Positions 50,802 through 63,877 of a DNA stretch of 64,000 bases are shown piece after piece. This stretch comes from Octopus vulgaris. Lineage: Eukaryota. The position numbers and the translations under genes were made by a program. The notes under the pieces were generated by a model. It did not search any database. It saw only the letters and a program-made list of their open reading frames with translations, and was not told where the DNA came from. The DNA lies in assembly GCA_951406725.2 (NCBI GenBank), contig OX597822.1, forward strand, positions 50,654,001-50,718,000, read 5' to 3'. Numbering within the stretch: position 1 is the first letter of the stretch; each line of letters begins with the position of its first letter.

Positions 50802-50878
<77 letters not shown>

Positions 50879-50939
50879 AAAAATGATTGTGGTACAATTA
50901 ACAAACAGGTGATTAGTATTGAGCAAAAAACAAATCTTT

Positions 50940-51485
50940 GTTGTGGCTACAATAAAATCTACCCCCTAAGCGCTCAAAGTCTGAGGAAAATATAGCATAC
51001 TTATGTAGTGTTTGCATCAGGTGGAATTTCGCACGTTCTTATTGGGGCATTCTCGACAAATTTCAAGGCGAAACTGTCAAATCATTTCGCTTCATTTAAT
51101 GATAGAAAAAATATAAAGCACGAGCTTAAGTATATTTATCTGGTCCCTTATGGATGAAAATGCTAACTTTAACATGGACTGGGAAATAATCAGCATAGCA
51201 GAACCTTGCCTAATTGGAGGAAATAATGCATAGAAAAATATTCCATATTTTCACATCTAAACACCGGCTGCTTAATACTAGGCAGAGGCAGGCCCTAAAA
51301 CGACTACATATTTACAGATATCATTCAAATACTTCCATAGGAAATTTTTCTTAATTAAGTAAGTGCCAGGTAATTAGGAAGTGCCTGAGTTTACATGGTA
51401 AATGTCGGTGTAACATCTAGTTTGCCTCTATGAATTAGTAATCAGACTTCTCAATGAGTGCAACTGCGTATTTGAAAAGTCTTGC
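50940..51485 (+). mobile_element. PLE GIY-YIG endonuclease fragment and 3' UTR
   Basis: LIGAFSTNFKAKLSNHFASF..TSLSIFIWSL..NFNMDWEII..LLNTR. Decayed hammerhead-like stem AGACTT/AAGTCT at ~51444-51482. Confidence 0.75.
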
Positions 51486-52101
51486 AAAAAATATTGGACG
51501 ACGAAAGTATATGTATTTTTATACAAACAAAACCTTGAACTGGCCACACAAGTATGTTCTACATATCACATATATTTAAATCATATTTGACCAGGAATTG
51601 TACTCAATATCCAAAACTTACTAATTTCTAATCCAGTCAAGGTCAGCACTTTTAAAAAAGATTTAATTTGACATAATTAAAGGCCTAGTATTTTCAATTA
51701 AAAATTCAAAACTTGTGTTCAATATAGAGTCAAACTCCTAGCAAAGTTAATAGCCATGTCAGGTACCAAATCTTTCTCTCGCATTTATTGATCTCAAAAT
51801 CTATAGCCATCTACCATATGTGATTCTAGTGAAACCTACATACACGTCCTTCGTATCAGTGTACGTGAAATGATGGACCTTGAATAAAGTTGCTTAGATT
51901 AATAACGAATTAAAACTAATTGGCTTCAGATACACTTATGAGGTGTCAAAGCAGCAGAAACGCGTATGGGACATATTCAAATCAAATATTCTGTATCCTT
52001 AACTACAGAAAAAATATGCAGATGTATTAATCAGTCTTCATTGTAATTGGCTACACACACACACGTATACGCACACATACATACGCACGCACACACACAC
52101 A

Positions 52102-52137
<36 letters not shown>

Positions 52138-52794
52138 TACGTGTGTGCATGACTCTAACTTTCAGTTATATTTATTGAAATGCATTAAAAAATTTATCAT
52201 TTTTCGATGCATAATTCTGAATATATTTTTTCACCTAGTTTATTGGGAATATATATATATAAGTACATATCTAACAAATCGATTACCTAATTTAGAAATA
52301 TTTGTGGGATAATTTATATTCCCAACTGTGAGGCAGAATAGAACAAGTAATTAAGAAATCTATTTAGCCCAATGCAATTTACGTGCTTGTACTGTGAAAC
52401 ATTTTCAGTTTTCTTTATTATGAGAATCGCATGTGCCTTGGCATTAATTTGACTGTTATAATGGGACGACATTAGTTCTACAAATGAAGTATTTCAACTT
52501 CAAATATATTCATTATTTTATTTTGTTCCACTTGCAAAATAAAACAAAGAACATCTTTGATTAGTGTTGCAACTTGCATTTCACGGTAATTCTGTATTTG
52601 GTACATGTTCGTTTTCTGTTTCTATTCAGAAATGATTATCTGTTGGTTTATATGCTGCAGAATACTAAAAACCTTAGGGTAATTGTATTAATATACTGGA
52701 AGCATTTTAGCGAGAATTACATTCTAAATTCAATTAGGGGACACACACACACACGGAAGCACGCGCGTGCACACACAAACACATATTTTTTTAT

Positions 52795-53221
52795 AATATA
52801 TTGTTATTAATATTAGGAAATCAATAAATCAATATCAAAACTCCTCAGAAAGATATACAAGTGTGAAAAATAATTGTTATATTAAAAATATGTAAATAAA
52901 TAAATATGAATATGCATAAAATATATGTAAGTATGTATAAGTATACATGTATAATGTATATGACAGAAGCGTTGTCTATAAATACTTATCAATATAGGAA
53001 TTCATTATAGGGACAACTCCTCAGCGAAACGATCATAAGATGCTTTAAATACTTAGTTCAAAACGTTTAAACTGTCTTATATATTATACATTTATACTTA
53101 TACATATTTACATATATTTTTATATATATTTTTATTTATTTATTTATATATTTTAATGCAACAATTATTTTTCGCACGTGTATATCATATTGATTTCCTA
53201 ATTTTAATAATAATATATTAT
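52795..53221. repeat. ~150-170-bp inverted repeat with ~100-bp spacer, PLE fold-back type
   Basis: TTAGGAAATCAATA / TATTGATTTCCTAA and GAAAAATAATTGTT / AACAATTATTTTTC. Minus strand CTGAGGA-GTTGTC..GACAAC. Confidence 0.65.
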
Positions 53222-53439
53222 TAATAAAATATATACGTATATAATCGCTCGTATTAAAGATATAAATACTTTAATAGTATAAATACTTTGATACAATTGA
53301 GCACTCAATATAAATTCAGTATATAATATTCTCACTGAATATATTTAACTAAAGATTTATATATATATATATATATATATATTACCTTTCACCCTGCATT
53401 TTTCTTGTACGTATATGTGCGTATATAAATGTGTATATG

Positions 53440-54050
53440 AAAATTTTTGTGCGCGCGCGTGTGTGTGTGCGTGTGTGCGAGTATGTATATATGTACATGT
53501 ATATGTACATGTGTATGTTTGCATATATACGTGGGTGTATATGCGAGTGCTCCATGCGAGTATGAGTGGGCATTTGCATATATAGCATATAAGCATTTTA
53601 GACGTGCATTTGAATATAACTGTGCGCGTATGGGTATGTGCACGTGTGTGCGGATATACATATATGTACATCGTACGTGTGAGTGTGCGTGTGTGCGGGT
53701 ATGTATATATATGTACATGTATATGTACATGTGTATGGTTGCATATATATGTGGGTGTACATACATGTGTTCCACGCATGTGTGATTGAGCGTATAGCAT
53801 GTGCGTAATTTTAGACGTGTATTTGAATATAACCGTGCGCGTATATGTGTGTGCATGTGTGTATTTGCGCGCGTGTGTGAAGATATGTATAAGTGTACAT
53901 GCATGGTTGCATATATATGTGCATCTATTGGCGTATGATTGGGCGGGCATGTACTTGTTTTATGAAAATGTCAGTGAGCATATGCATATAGGCACATGCA
54001 CGTGGGTGTGCGTGCGCGCAGATGTTTGTATGTCAATGAGCGCATACGCG
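53440..54050. repeat. Alternating purine-pyrimidine tract with ~215-bp tandem duplication
   Basis: ATTTTAGACGTG.ATTTGAATATAAC at ~53595 and ~53808. Confidence 0.8.
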
Positions 54051-54180
54051 ATTGCTATGAGCATTGTTACTCCATTACATTTTACTTCCTTCCCCTTCAG
54101 TTTTAGCCCTTAATAACGGTCAATTACATAGTAAATTCCCTTTGTTTAACGGTCATTTTCATAGCATATTTTGATTGCTT

Positions 54181-54245
54181 CCATCACTGAAGAGATGCTG
54201 GTGCAGGTTTCCGCCCGACATCCGAAACTCTGAGTTTTATTATGG
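54181..54245 (+). ncRNA. Hammerhead ribozyme-like motif (PLE type)
   Basis: CCATCA-CTGAAGA-GATG..CATC-C-GAAA-CTCTGAG-TT..TATGG, upstream of a PLE ORF. Confidence 0.55.
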
Positions 54246-54441
54246 TAACCGTATAATTGTCACATATTACAGATAAATTCCTGTATTTACATAATATCGA
54301 GGTTTCTTGCATTCTTTTGTTGTCTTACCATTACTATTAATAAGTTACCTACCGCACACCGTTGTTTTTCTGTAAAAGCTAATGCAGCTTATTTTGGAAA
54401 ATTGCCATAAATCGGTTGAGGACATTGCCCCACAGATCAAT

Positions 54442-55850
54442 ATGGACGCCTACAATATCGATTATTCTATGAAAAAATATCTATACCATCCAGGGAATTA
54501 TACTCTAAGAAGATTTTGTAGAAAATTACAGACCCTATAAAGCGTATGAGATGGAAAGCTTTCTTTTGCAACATGGAAGAGAATACTACAGAGAACGTAT
54601 TCTATGGAATTGAATAAAGGAAATTCCTTCCAAAAATCGAAGGCTTGGAAGACTTGGAAGAGGGTCTAATGAAGCGCATGAGCAAAATAAAAATTTCGTA
54701 AATATTTTAATACTTTCCAACAGAAACTGAAAAATATATCAAATACATAAAGAGACCCCCCACCAAGAAAAAACGGCACTTTTTCTGATAAAACCAAGAA
54801 CTTATACCTTGTGTAAAATAGCACATATTCACAACTCTTACACAACATCATCATCAATAATTACACCAAAGCTAGGCCACAAATTTATAACGAAATTAAT
54901 AAAGAAGTTAGCATTATCGCCGCCAGACTTAAATTAGATAAAAAAGATAGGGGCCCTTCTAAAAATAGAGGCCTTTATAACCATCAAGGACCATAAAAAG
55001 AACTTCATATCTAATCCTAAATGTAGGCTTATTTACCCTGCTAAATCAGAAGTTGGTATTATTAGTAAAGAAATTTTAGGAAAAATCAATGCGTAAGTCA
55101 GAAATGTTACTAGGTTAGTACAATGGTCCAATAGTATAGAAGTCGTTGACTGGTTTACAGGCATTAAGAATAAGAATAAAGCGAGATTTGCGCAATTCGA
55201 TATTGTCGATTTTTATGCCTCTATCTCTAAGGAACTGCTACATAATCCCCTCACCTTCGCAAGCGAATTTATAGAAATTAGTACACAAGATAAGGTTATA
55301 ATCTTCCATGCTAGAAATACTTTAATCTTTAGTAAGAACGGAGAGTGCGTCAAGACTACCGATATAGAAGGTACTTTCGACTATTCCTATTCGATATGTT
55401 GAGCAAGACTTTTCCTGACGTATATTTCGCCATCCACAAAGATGATGCCTAGTTTAGTTAAAAGCATTAGCAAAATAATTTCTAGCCTCCCCTCCGATAG
55501 GGACATGCTTAACAGCGTTGCCCCAGTATATAATAAGGCTCTAAAAGATAGTGGATTTAGCGAGGAAATAACCTATACACCTGTCACCAGTCCAATAATA
55601 AAGAAAAGGTAACATAGGAATAGGAAAATCATGTGGTCCCCACCCCGCTACTCCCTCGAAGTGGCCTTTAATATAGGTAAGTATTTCTCAGCACTGATAG
55701 ATAGACATTTTCCAGTCAACCATAGTTAAAGAAAGCTCTTCAATACACTTAACTGTAAAATCAGTTTCAGCTCAACTATTAATTTTTAAAATATACTGGC
55801 ACACAACACACAAAAACCACAAAATGAAAGAAGCTGTTCAAGCAGGGATA
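54442..55850 (+). pseudogene. Penelope-like RT ORF, decayed and internally deleted
   Basis: IDYSMK, KRMRWKAFF, NPKCRLIYPAKSEVGIISKEIL, QWSNSIEVVDWF, QFDIVDFYASIS, RKIMWSPPRYS..NIGKYF..IDRHFP. Confidence 0.9.
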
Positions 55851-55949
55851 AGACAAAATCTACTGGATGTCGATCATAAGTGAATCTTATATTGCTTATA
55901 AACTCTATATTTGGAAGGATCCATTTTAAACTCAGTTGGACTTTTGGAC

Positions 55950-56182
55950 TTTACTCATAGGATATTGGAATATTGCATATATACCCTTATGCCTAAAAAC
56001 TGGATTTACAACTTCAATATCCATACATATCTTGCATCTTTTTTCTTTTCTCCATCTCACGCTATATTTTGTATCACATCTAAACTAACTCTCTAATATC
56101 TACACAGCCTTAGGTTTTTATCTTATTACGCAAAATTTCATATATACACACACTGACATAGAACCAACGTTCAACCCCTCAT
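55950..56182 (+). mobile_element. Family H1 pseudo-LTR, hammerhead segment deleted
   Basis: TTCAATATCCATACATATC...CTGACATAGAACCAACGTT colinear with 13825-14118. Confidence 0.75.
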
Positions 56183-57199
56183 ATAGACATAGTACTACAA
56201 TTCAAAGAAACATATTAGTAAGAAACGAAGAATGACCAGCGACTGTAGGTAATTACCAAATCTCGATTTCTACTCACTTTACTGGCATAAGTAGCAAATT
56301 TAATTAGCGACCATATACGTAGAGCAATTTAGCATAAACTAATATACACAAGTGGTGATGAACAAATCACTCACGGATTGGGTACAATTCATTATTAGTG
56401 ACAAGGAAGATAAACGGCTAACCAAAGAAGTAAAAGACAAGCAGAGATTGTTGCCATATATGAGGAACACAGCGATTTTGAAATTACCAACATCTTTAAT
56501 ATCTAATAAACTTTTGTACATGCTGCTCAGTAACACGTAGAAGCCTCTGGCGGGAATATTTCAAATGTATCAAAGAAAAAGACGATCTGGAGGACCAACA
56601 CCGACAGATATTTAACAAAATTTAGTTGATGAAAATTTTCTGGAGTATATCGTATTGAACACGAATTGATCTGACAAACAAACTTAGAAGTGGTAACTGT
56701 AAAGTAAGGATTACAGAAGAAATCACAAGACAAGATATCCTTACACTTTAAAGCAACACTGTAGTTCTCCAAGTTATATCAAGAGAAAGAATTCAGTTGT
56801 TGCCTAGGGTAATTCATTTTAGCAACAATGAAACGGTGGATTAAAGTGAAAGGCAACATAAGTTAAGGGTACTTGTTAGGGAAATTAGTAAATGGAATCA
56901 AGCGATATCCAGGTATCTGGTGGATTTTCGAATTGTTAATGAGACAATGGACAAATTTAGAGAAAGAGTGATACCTGAGAAGTACGTGTCCGGTAAGAGT
57001 TCCAAATATTATATATAACTATTCACTATGTGTGGTCTTCAAACTCTGGTATACAGTTATAAGTGAGGCGAAACTTCTACAAATGTAGAGAAATTTTATG
57101 ACACAGCTGTTTTGAACCTTATCAGTATCTACATTGTAAAATGCAGATTGCTAGTGGTAGACAACTACAAAACCAATATCAACCTAACAGAAAAAAAAT

Positions 57200-59170
57200 A
57201 TTTGATAGAGAGACCACGTAATTGACAAAATAATTCCTCTGTAGTACATCTCCAAAACCTTATCTATAATTACACAAAATCTATCTACGAATCGCAAATG
57301 AAAGCGTAGTGGGTTGCTGGACTGTCAACTGAGAAGTAAGATTCTTATTTGCTAGGTACAATAGTGAAGCCCTATTTACATTATTTACAATTGACGGATA
57401 TTTGTCATCAATATTATTGCACAATGAACAGGGTTTACCTCTCTTGCGGCTGTTCATTAAGGTACAGGTATTCTTGGGATCAACAATAGAGATCAATAAT
57501 TCATTTATATTCTTATTCCGGCTAAAGGCTACAATAGGCGGCTGAGGAAATAACTGTTTGAAACGAGGATATTTTTTCGCCACATGCTGGTAACTTTCAT
57601 GCAACACTTGTGAAATGCCAGCGAAATGTCGCTGCCAACTAATCACTAAAGGAATTCTGTCATCTCTTGTATTATGTTTGCTAAAGTTATGTGGTTAAGT
57701 ATGACTTTCTTTGCTAATCTTAGCTAATTCATTTGTTATTTCTTTTAATCGCTGTTCACTGTAACCGCGTTTGACATAATGATATACAAAAGCATTTGCA
57801 TGCTTCCACTAATCCACAAAATTATTCCAGGACTTCTTTCTACTTGTTTTAAGGCTTTCTCTAATGTCTGCCAACCAAGATTCAAGAAGTTCCAGTAGTG
57901 CTTGTGAACTTCCATCACGAACTTAATCTGGATACCAATTGGGATTATTTTCAACCCAATTATGCCAGATTCGATCATAATCATTTTTATTTTTAGTAAT
58001 CATAGGGTTTTCTGACTCCGCGTTACCAGTGTTTTCAAAAAAATATTCTTTCAGCTTGTGACGGCGGACAAACTGAAATAGCCCTTGAGTTAGTTTATTC
58101 TTATTGAAATTCTTAATGCTTGGTCATAAACAGAGTCCAAGCTCTGAGACTGAGACATCGTCGGGCGAAAGTTTTAGCTTAGATAAGTATCTGACCGACA
58201 TATTCTCTAGTGTGATGGGGTTTTTTCTCGAGCAAGCGGTTTTCAGAGTCTTTTTCTGACTACTTTTTGGGCTTTGCTCGAAATCTTCACTTAAAACACG
58301 GAACCTATCGGGTGATAAAATTTGTTCTGAGTGTTCATGTGAGAAGTTATAATTTTTAGTCGCCTTTCTAGGGGTAATCCATTTCTGGGTGAGTGATAGG
58401 AAGTGAGTGACTTCTGTGGTTTTTGTAGACATTTGAAAAACCTTTACTTTCGGGAAAAAACACATTTATTGTTTTTGAAGCTAAATTTTAAATGTGGTCT
58501 CTGGAGCGTTTCTAGTTACCAGTTCAAATGCATATGCCAGGGCAAAAAGGCCACCATCATATACGCTAACTTGGGGATTAATTATATGAACTTGTTGAAT
58601 TGTAGGCATAATGTTTGTTTGTAGTGAATACAACGTTGTTATTTGTGTCATTAGTTCCCACGAAACTGGTAAATTCAAACTGACATAAATATAAACATCT
58701 CCGAAAAAATTGGTTGAGAAAAGAAAATGATTGTTCCTGGTGTGATGAATGAACAGTGTGCGGTGTGGATTGTATTTTAGAAATTCAGTGTGAGAAAAAC
58801 TGGTTGGTTGTATCGGAATTTCTAGAAAATTTTCAGTTACGATTTTCAACCCGGCATCAATGAGTTTATTACATAGCATTTGTCCTGAAAGCAAAAACGA
58901 CTTCGCCCCATATTTCAAAGCAAATCTTCTAAAGCAAAATGTTCCCTTGCTCACTGGCTCAGAGGAATGGGAAATCGGCTTTTTCAGCTTCTTTTCTTTT
59001 CTTTTGTCTTCAGGGCCGATATTTCCATTTCAAGTTCATCAAACAGTTGCACAAAATGTCCAAACGATTTTTAGAACATACATTTTCAATGACACTCGAA
59101 ATCTCCTTAATATTGAACGATAGTGTTGAATAATAGCTTCCATTATGTTAAACGAATTGCTCTTAATATA
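57200..59170 (-). mobile_element. Penelope-like element remnant with Ulp1-like domain; RT core deleted
   Basis: Order: helical N-terminus ..KKLKK; protease; VRYLSKLKLS..VSVSELGL..FVRRHKLKEYFF; KRGYSEQ; IPLV..FPQPPIVAFSRNKN; CSLC. Confidence 0.75.
58440..58954 (-). pseudogene. Ulp1/C48-like cysteine peptidase domain
   Basis: IHHTRNNHF (His), VYIYVSL (YDSL), PQVSVYDGGLFALAYAFEL (Q-x4-DCGLFA.A.A), then RDH..K..FP. Catalytic Asp and Cys are mutated in this copy. Confidence 0.7.
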
Positions 59171-59171
59171 A

Positions 59172-59376
59172 ACTTTGAAGGAAATAGCATATGAAATAGC
59201 TAAGATTTGCAAAGACAATCATACCTACACGCATAATTTGAGCAGACACAATACAATAGATCACAGAATTCCTTTAAGTATTCGCTGGCCCCGACATTTC
59301 GCTGGCATTTCAAAAGTGTTGCATGAAAGTTCCCAGCATGTGGTGAAAAAATATCCTCGTTTCAAATAGATATTTC
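59172..59376 (+). repeat. Inverted, diverged copy of PLE segment ~57545-57750
   Basis: CGACATTTCGCTGGCATTTCA..GTGTTGCATGAAAGTT..AAAAAATATCCTCGTTTCAAA shared. Confidence 0.9.
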
Positions 59377-60762
59377 TCGACATAAGCTTCTGATGAAACA
59401 CTTCGGCAAAGGACTCGTGTCTGTTTCATGTTATCTACCAATAATACATTCTGTTGTGACCTCTAGACATGTAGATGTGTAGATTAATGTAAGAAATAAA
59501 CCAAGCATGGCAATGATGTGGACATATATAATACACCTTTAAATAAGTTTTAGTCCTATAATTTTCTTTTAGAATAGATGATTATTAGCTTTATAATTGA
59601 TACATATATATATAGGGAATAGTACATCTTAGTGTGTCACTCTACCAATTTTAATGTTATGAAACGTCAAGTATACAAACATCAGATATATTTTGCATTC
59701 ACGAAACTTTCGCATAATTTCTTTATTCCATATTAAGTCGGAACATATACTGTAGCATATGTTCCCCTTTCTTAAGAATTATTCATCTTTGTCAGATAAC
59801 ATCAATCAATTTATATTTTGTTGATCAATTTCATGTAAAAATGAGACAGTTCATATCTAATTGTATTTGAGGAATTTTCGTTAGTATAATATCGAATGAA
59901 ATTTGACAGACTCCATAGAATAAGTCATAAAATTAGAAACTAATATCATTAGAAAAACTATAACATATGCAGTAGTACGCTTCGCCTTCTGCATTTAGTA
60001 GAGACAAATATATTCTTGTCATCTAGACGTTTTGAAAAGCAATATAAATAAAACAATGCACGACATTACGTCAAATCAACATTGATCAATGGTGGATTAA
60101 TCTACATAGTTGAAAGTATTAATGGAAAGTGAATTAAGTAATAAATATTTTATGGTGATTTCATTCATCATAATTATACCAAACTTTTACTTGATAAGTT
60201 TAACATAGTTTTTATCTACTTGATTGTTATTTACTATAATATAGTTAATATGGTATCAATATCGTTGTGTTTTACTTCTATATATATTTATATCCGGGGT
60301 AATATAGAATACTCTGCGAATACTAAATACTAGCGTTCACTCATCCATCGCTTATTTAACATACATCGAGCATGTTTTATATTACTGCTATTAACGAACG
60401 GCAATAGATCGAATGATCAAACAGCTACTGACATTAGTGCTCTATCTGCCATTTACGAAATTCTAAGCACGTTTATATACTTAATTTTATTATATAGGGC
60501 CCATTTTAACCGATGATTGCTACAATATTAACTGTGCAATTATTGAAACCGCCAGAGAATCAATGTCATGCTCTGATCATTCCCCTTCCTTTAGAATAAA
60601 ATCATGATATGACTAAATGGAGAAACACACATGCATATATGCATCCATGTATACATTCATCTATCCTTCCATCCATCGATCTATATGCGCGTGTGTGTAA
60701 GTATACATGTGAGAGTGTGAGTGTGTGTGTGTGTTTGTGTGTGATGTGTATGTGTTTGTGTG

Positions 60763-60898
<136 letters not shown>

Positions 60899-60919
60899 GA
60901 TGCATACAAAAATGTATTT

Positions 60920-62190
60920 GGTGAAAGAATGAAGAAAATCACGGAGCCGAGGTAAAAAGACACAGTGCATTAGGTATATACAATAGGAAAGTAGAAAGAA
61001 AAGATGTTTAAGTTTCGAACGTACACTTTCGTATATAACGAATAGACGTGGAGAGAAAATATTGGCGACAGAGAAGTACAAATGTGTCTCAATTAGACGA
61101 TCACTTCAAGCAGAAATGACCGAAAGAGGAAGCGGTTGCTAGAGCTAAGAGTTTCAGGGGGTACAGATGCGCGAGTTGACCTGGAGAGTAGGTGGCAAGG
61201 CGGGTAACTCACAACTTGACATGAGTGCGTGTGTGTGCGCGTGTGTGTCTGTGTGTATGTATGCGTGTGTGTTAGCAACCGGAGATGTATGCATAAAGCT
61301 GATGGCTTCGTGTATATATACTGCGTATTTGTGCGTGTGTATACGTGTGTTTACACGTGTCCCTGATTTCTGATTATGTATGTGATGTGTAAGGCCATCT
61401 GACTTATGTTCATGTAGGAGACTACCCGACATATGTGTTTGAGCAAGCGTATATTTGTTTAAGAGCGTGTGTGAGTGTGTGTATGTGTATGTGTGTGTAG
61501 TATGCTTGAAAGTAAATGATAGTAAATGGTTTGTGTGTTACTGAGTGGTGACATTGTAGTATGAATGTGTGGAGGTGAGAAGAATTTGAGGGGACAGTGG
61601 GAATATAAGTGGCGGGTAGTGAGGGTGTGCGAGTGAAAGAGATGTGAAAATGAAAAGCGTTGGATAAACTACACCTTGAGGTTCTGAAATACGGAGCCAG
61701 AAAATTTATGATGCAAGAAGGGGCCGCCATTATCGAGTCTGAGTTTCGGCAAAATTATCGGCCAGACGCCAACAACTTCGTTCCATGTACGAATAGTGGA
61801 AAAGAGAGAAGGGGGTGCAGTAAATGAGTTTACTAGAGTTGGAAATGAAAATTTTGATAATGGGAAAAGGGGAGACGGAAGCGTTGTCGGGTGCAAGCAA
61901 AGGAGTAAGTTTGGTCGCCGGAAGTTGGGAAATAGTTACATATCTGTGGGTGGCATAGGTTGTGTATATATGTGTATGTATATACATATATCCAGATTCG
62001 CTAGCTTCTGCACGGATTTTTTTCTCTCCTTGTTTCTTTTCTGTGTATCTTTCTGTTGAAGAGCGTAGGCTCGAAACGTAAAAGACTTGTTTTATTTATA
62101 TTCCTGAGCGTCATACTAATACAATTGTTTGTTTGTATTCCACCTGCCTTCGTCTTTTGTTTATTTTCATAAAGCTTCCCGTTATATATG
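60920..62190. mobile_element. PLE-associated region bounded by diverged inverted pseudo-LTR-like ends
   Basis: GTTTCGAACGTAC...GGAGAGAAAA (61011-61058) mirrors TTTTCTCTCC...GTAGGCTCGAAAC (62020-62077). Confidence 0.4.
62048..62085 (+). ncRNA. Minimal hammerhead ribozyme-like motif
   Basis: TCTTT-CTGTTGA-A-GAGC-GTAG-GCTC-GAAA-CG-TA-AAAGA: stems I and II are perfect, ACGT is palindromic, core has T instead of A at position 6. Confidence 0.65.
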
Positions 62191-62975
62191 AGGTTAGCTC
62201 CATATCTCTGAATAGATTCGTACCAATATACCCCTGAATAGATACGTATAATTACGTTCACAGAAATCTTATAGGAGGAAATTCAAATGCTACACATGCT
62301 CACAACACTATTCACATACGTCTTCATTGTCCATCAGCGTTTATTATCTTCAATTCCCTCACATCAAATAATTGCATGATGCATTTCTTAATTTCTAAGT
62401 ACTATACATTACGATAAATTCGTATGTGTTTGCAGCTGTTTACTGTTTAGAAAATTTTAAAATATAATAAATTATTACGTGAAAATCAGCTCCATAACAG
62501 CTTCGTTAATTCGAATATGTTTTATTGAAACTTTAATTTCATATCTCTTTTGATTCAAAATACTTTTTCAGCGTAGGTTTCCACTTTATAAGTTGTGTTA
62601 TTTATATTTGACACTCTTCATTCAGTAATCACTGATCCGTAAAATATATTTCAACAGAAAAATATATTTAACATTTGAAATTCCATATCCTTCAATGATC
62701 ACAAATTCTCAAGCAAATATTCGCATGATTGTATAAGAAACCATTATGTTTAGTCTGCCGTACTTTTTGTTTTATCGATTTTCCTCTTCATAATAATTTT
62801 GGTGAATTTCAGTAATATCCAATATGTTATAGCTACTTAGCACTGTACCTGACAAACTTTTATCACAGATAAATAAGGAATGTCATTGGTGATTGCTACT
62901 GGAATATCTATAAACATCTTGTAACATTCAACTGGCCATTTCAGCAACATTATCTACAAATATCATTAAAATGAT

Positions 62976-62976
<1 letters not shown>

Positions 62977-63046
<70 letters not shown>

Positions 63047-63083
63047 ACTACTACCACTACCACGGCCACCACCACCATTATTT

Positions 63084-63136
<53 letters not shown>
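62977..63136. repeat. (TAC)n/(TGC)n/(CAC)n microsatellite
   Basis: Seen directly. Confidence 0.95.
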
Positions 63137-63139
<3 letters not shown>

Positions 63140-63579
63140 TATATGCTAATTTAGAATTGATATTACTATCCTCAAAGCATTGCAGTCAGCAATTATTTTT
63201 TCATCTCTATTAAATGTTTTTTGAAACTGTTTAATCAGACATTGAATATCATATCCGCGAAATATCTGACTGCTTTTGCATTGCAAAACGTTAAATTATT
63301 GTACATCAGAAAGTTAGCATGTCTTGATCGGATTGAAACTGTTGCATTTCTTAATGCATGTGTGGTAAAACGTGTATATTTTGTGTGGACGTAGGTGAGC
63401 GTGTGTATATTCTAGTATAATAACTACTGTGTTTATTTTCGATTTTATCTATGAATAAATAGTGCAGATGGATTGGTGGATGCTTGGATGGATGCATGGA
63501 TGAATAGATGGATGGGTGGATGTATGGATGGATTGAAGGATGGGCGGGTTTATGGATCGATGCAAGGATGGATGGATTT

Positions 63580-63770
63580 TTTATCCTTTACATGTTTCAG
63601 TCATTAGACTGCGGCCATGTCGGTGAATTCAGCTCAGTACTTACTTTTTTGTCAAACCTGGTACCTATTCTATCTGTCACTTTTTCTGAACCGCTAGTTA
63701 CAAGAATGTAAACACAACATCGGTTATCAAGCGGTAGTAGAAACAACTCAGACACACACACACTCACGCA
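63580..63770 (-). mobile_element. SINE type A, 3' part
   Basis: TTTCAGTCATTAGACTGCGGCCATG...CATCGGTTATCAAGCG. Confidence 0.75.
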
Positions 63771-63813
63771 CACACACACACACACACACATCTATTTATA
63801 CTCATATGTATAT

Positions 63814-63877
<64 letters not shown>

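Noticed and set aside
59385-59440. CTGATGA hammerhead core
   Set aside because: No correctly placed GAAA and stem III; only a simple hairpin.
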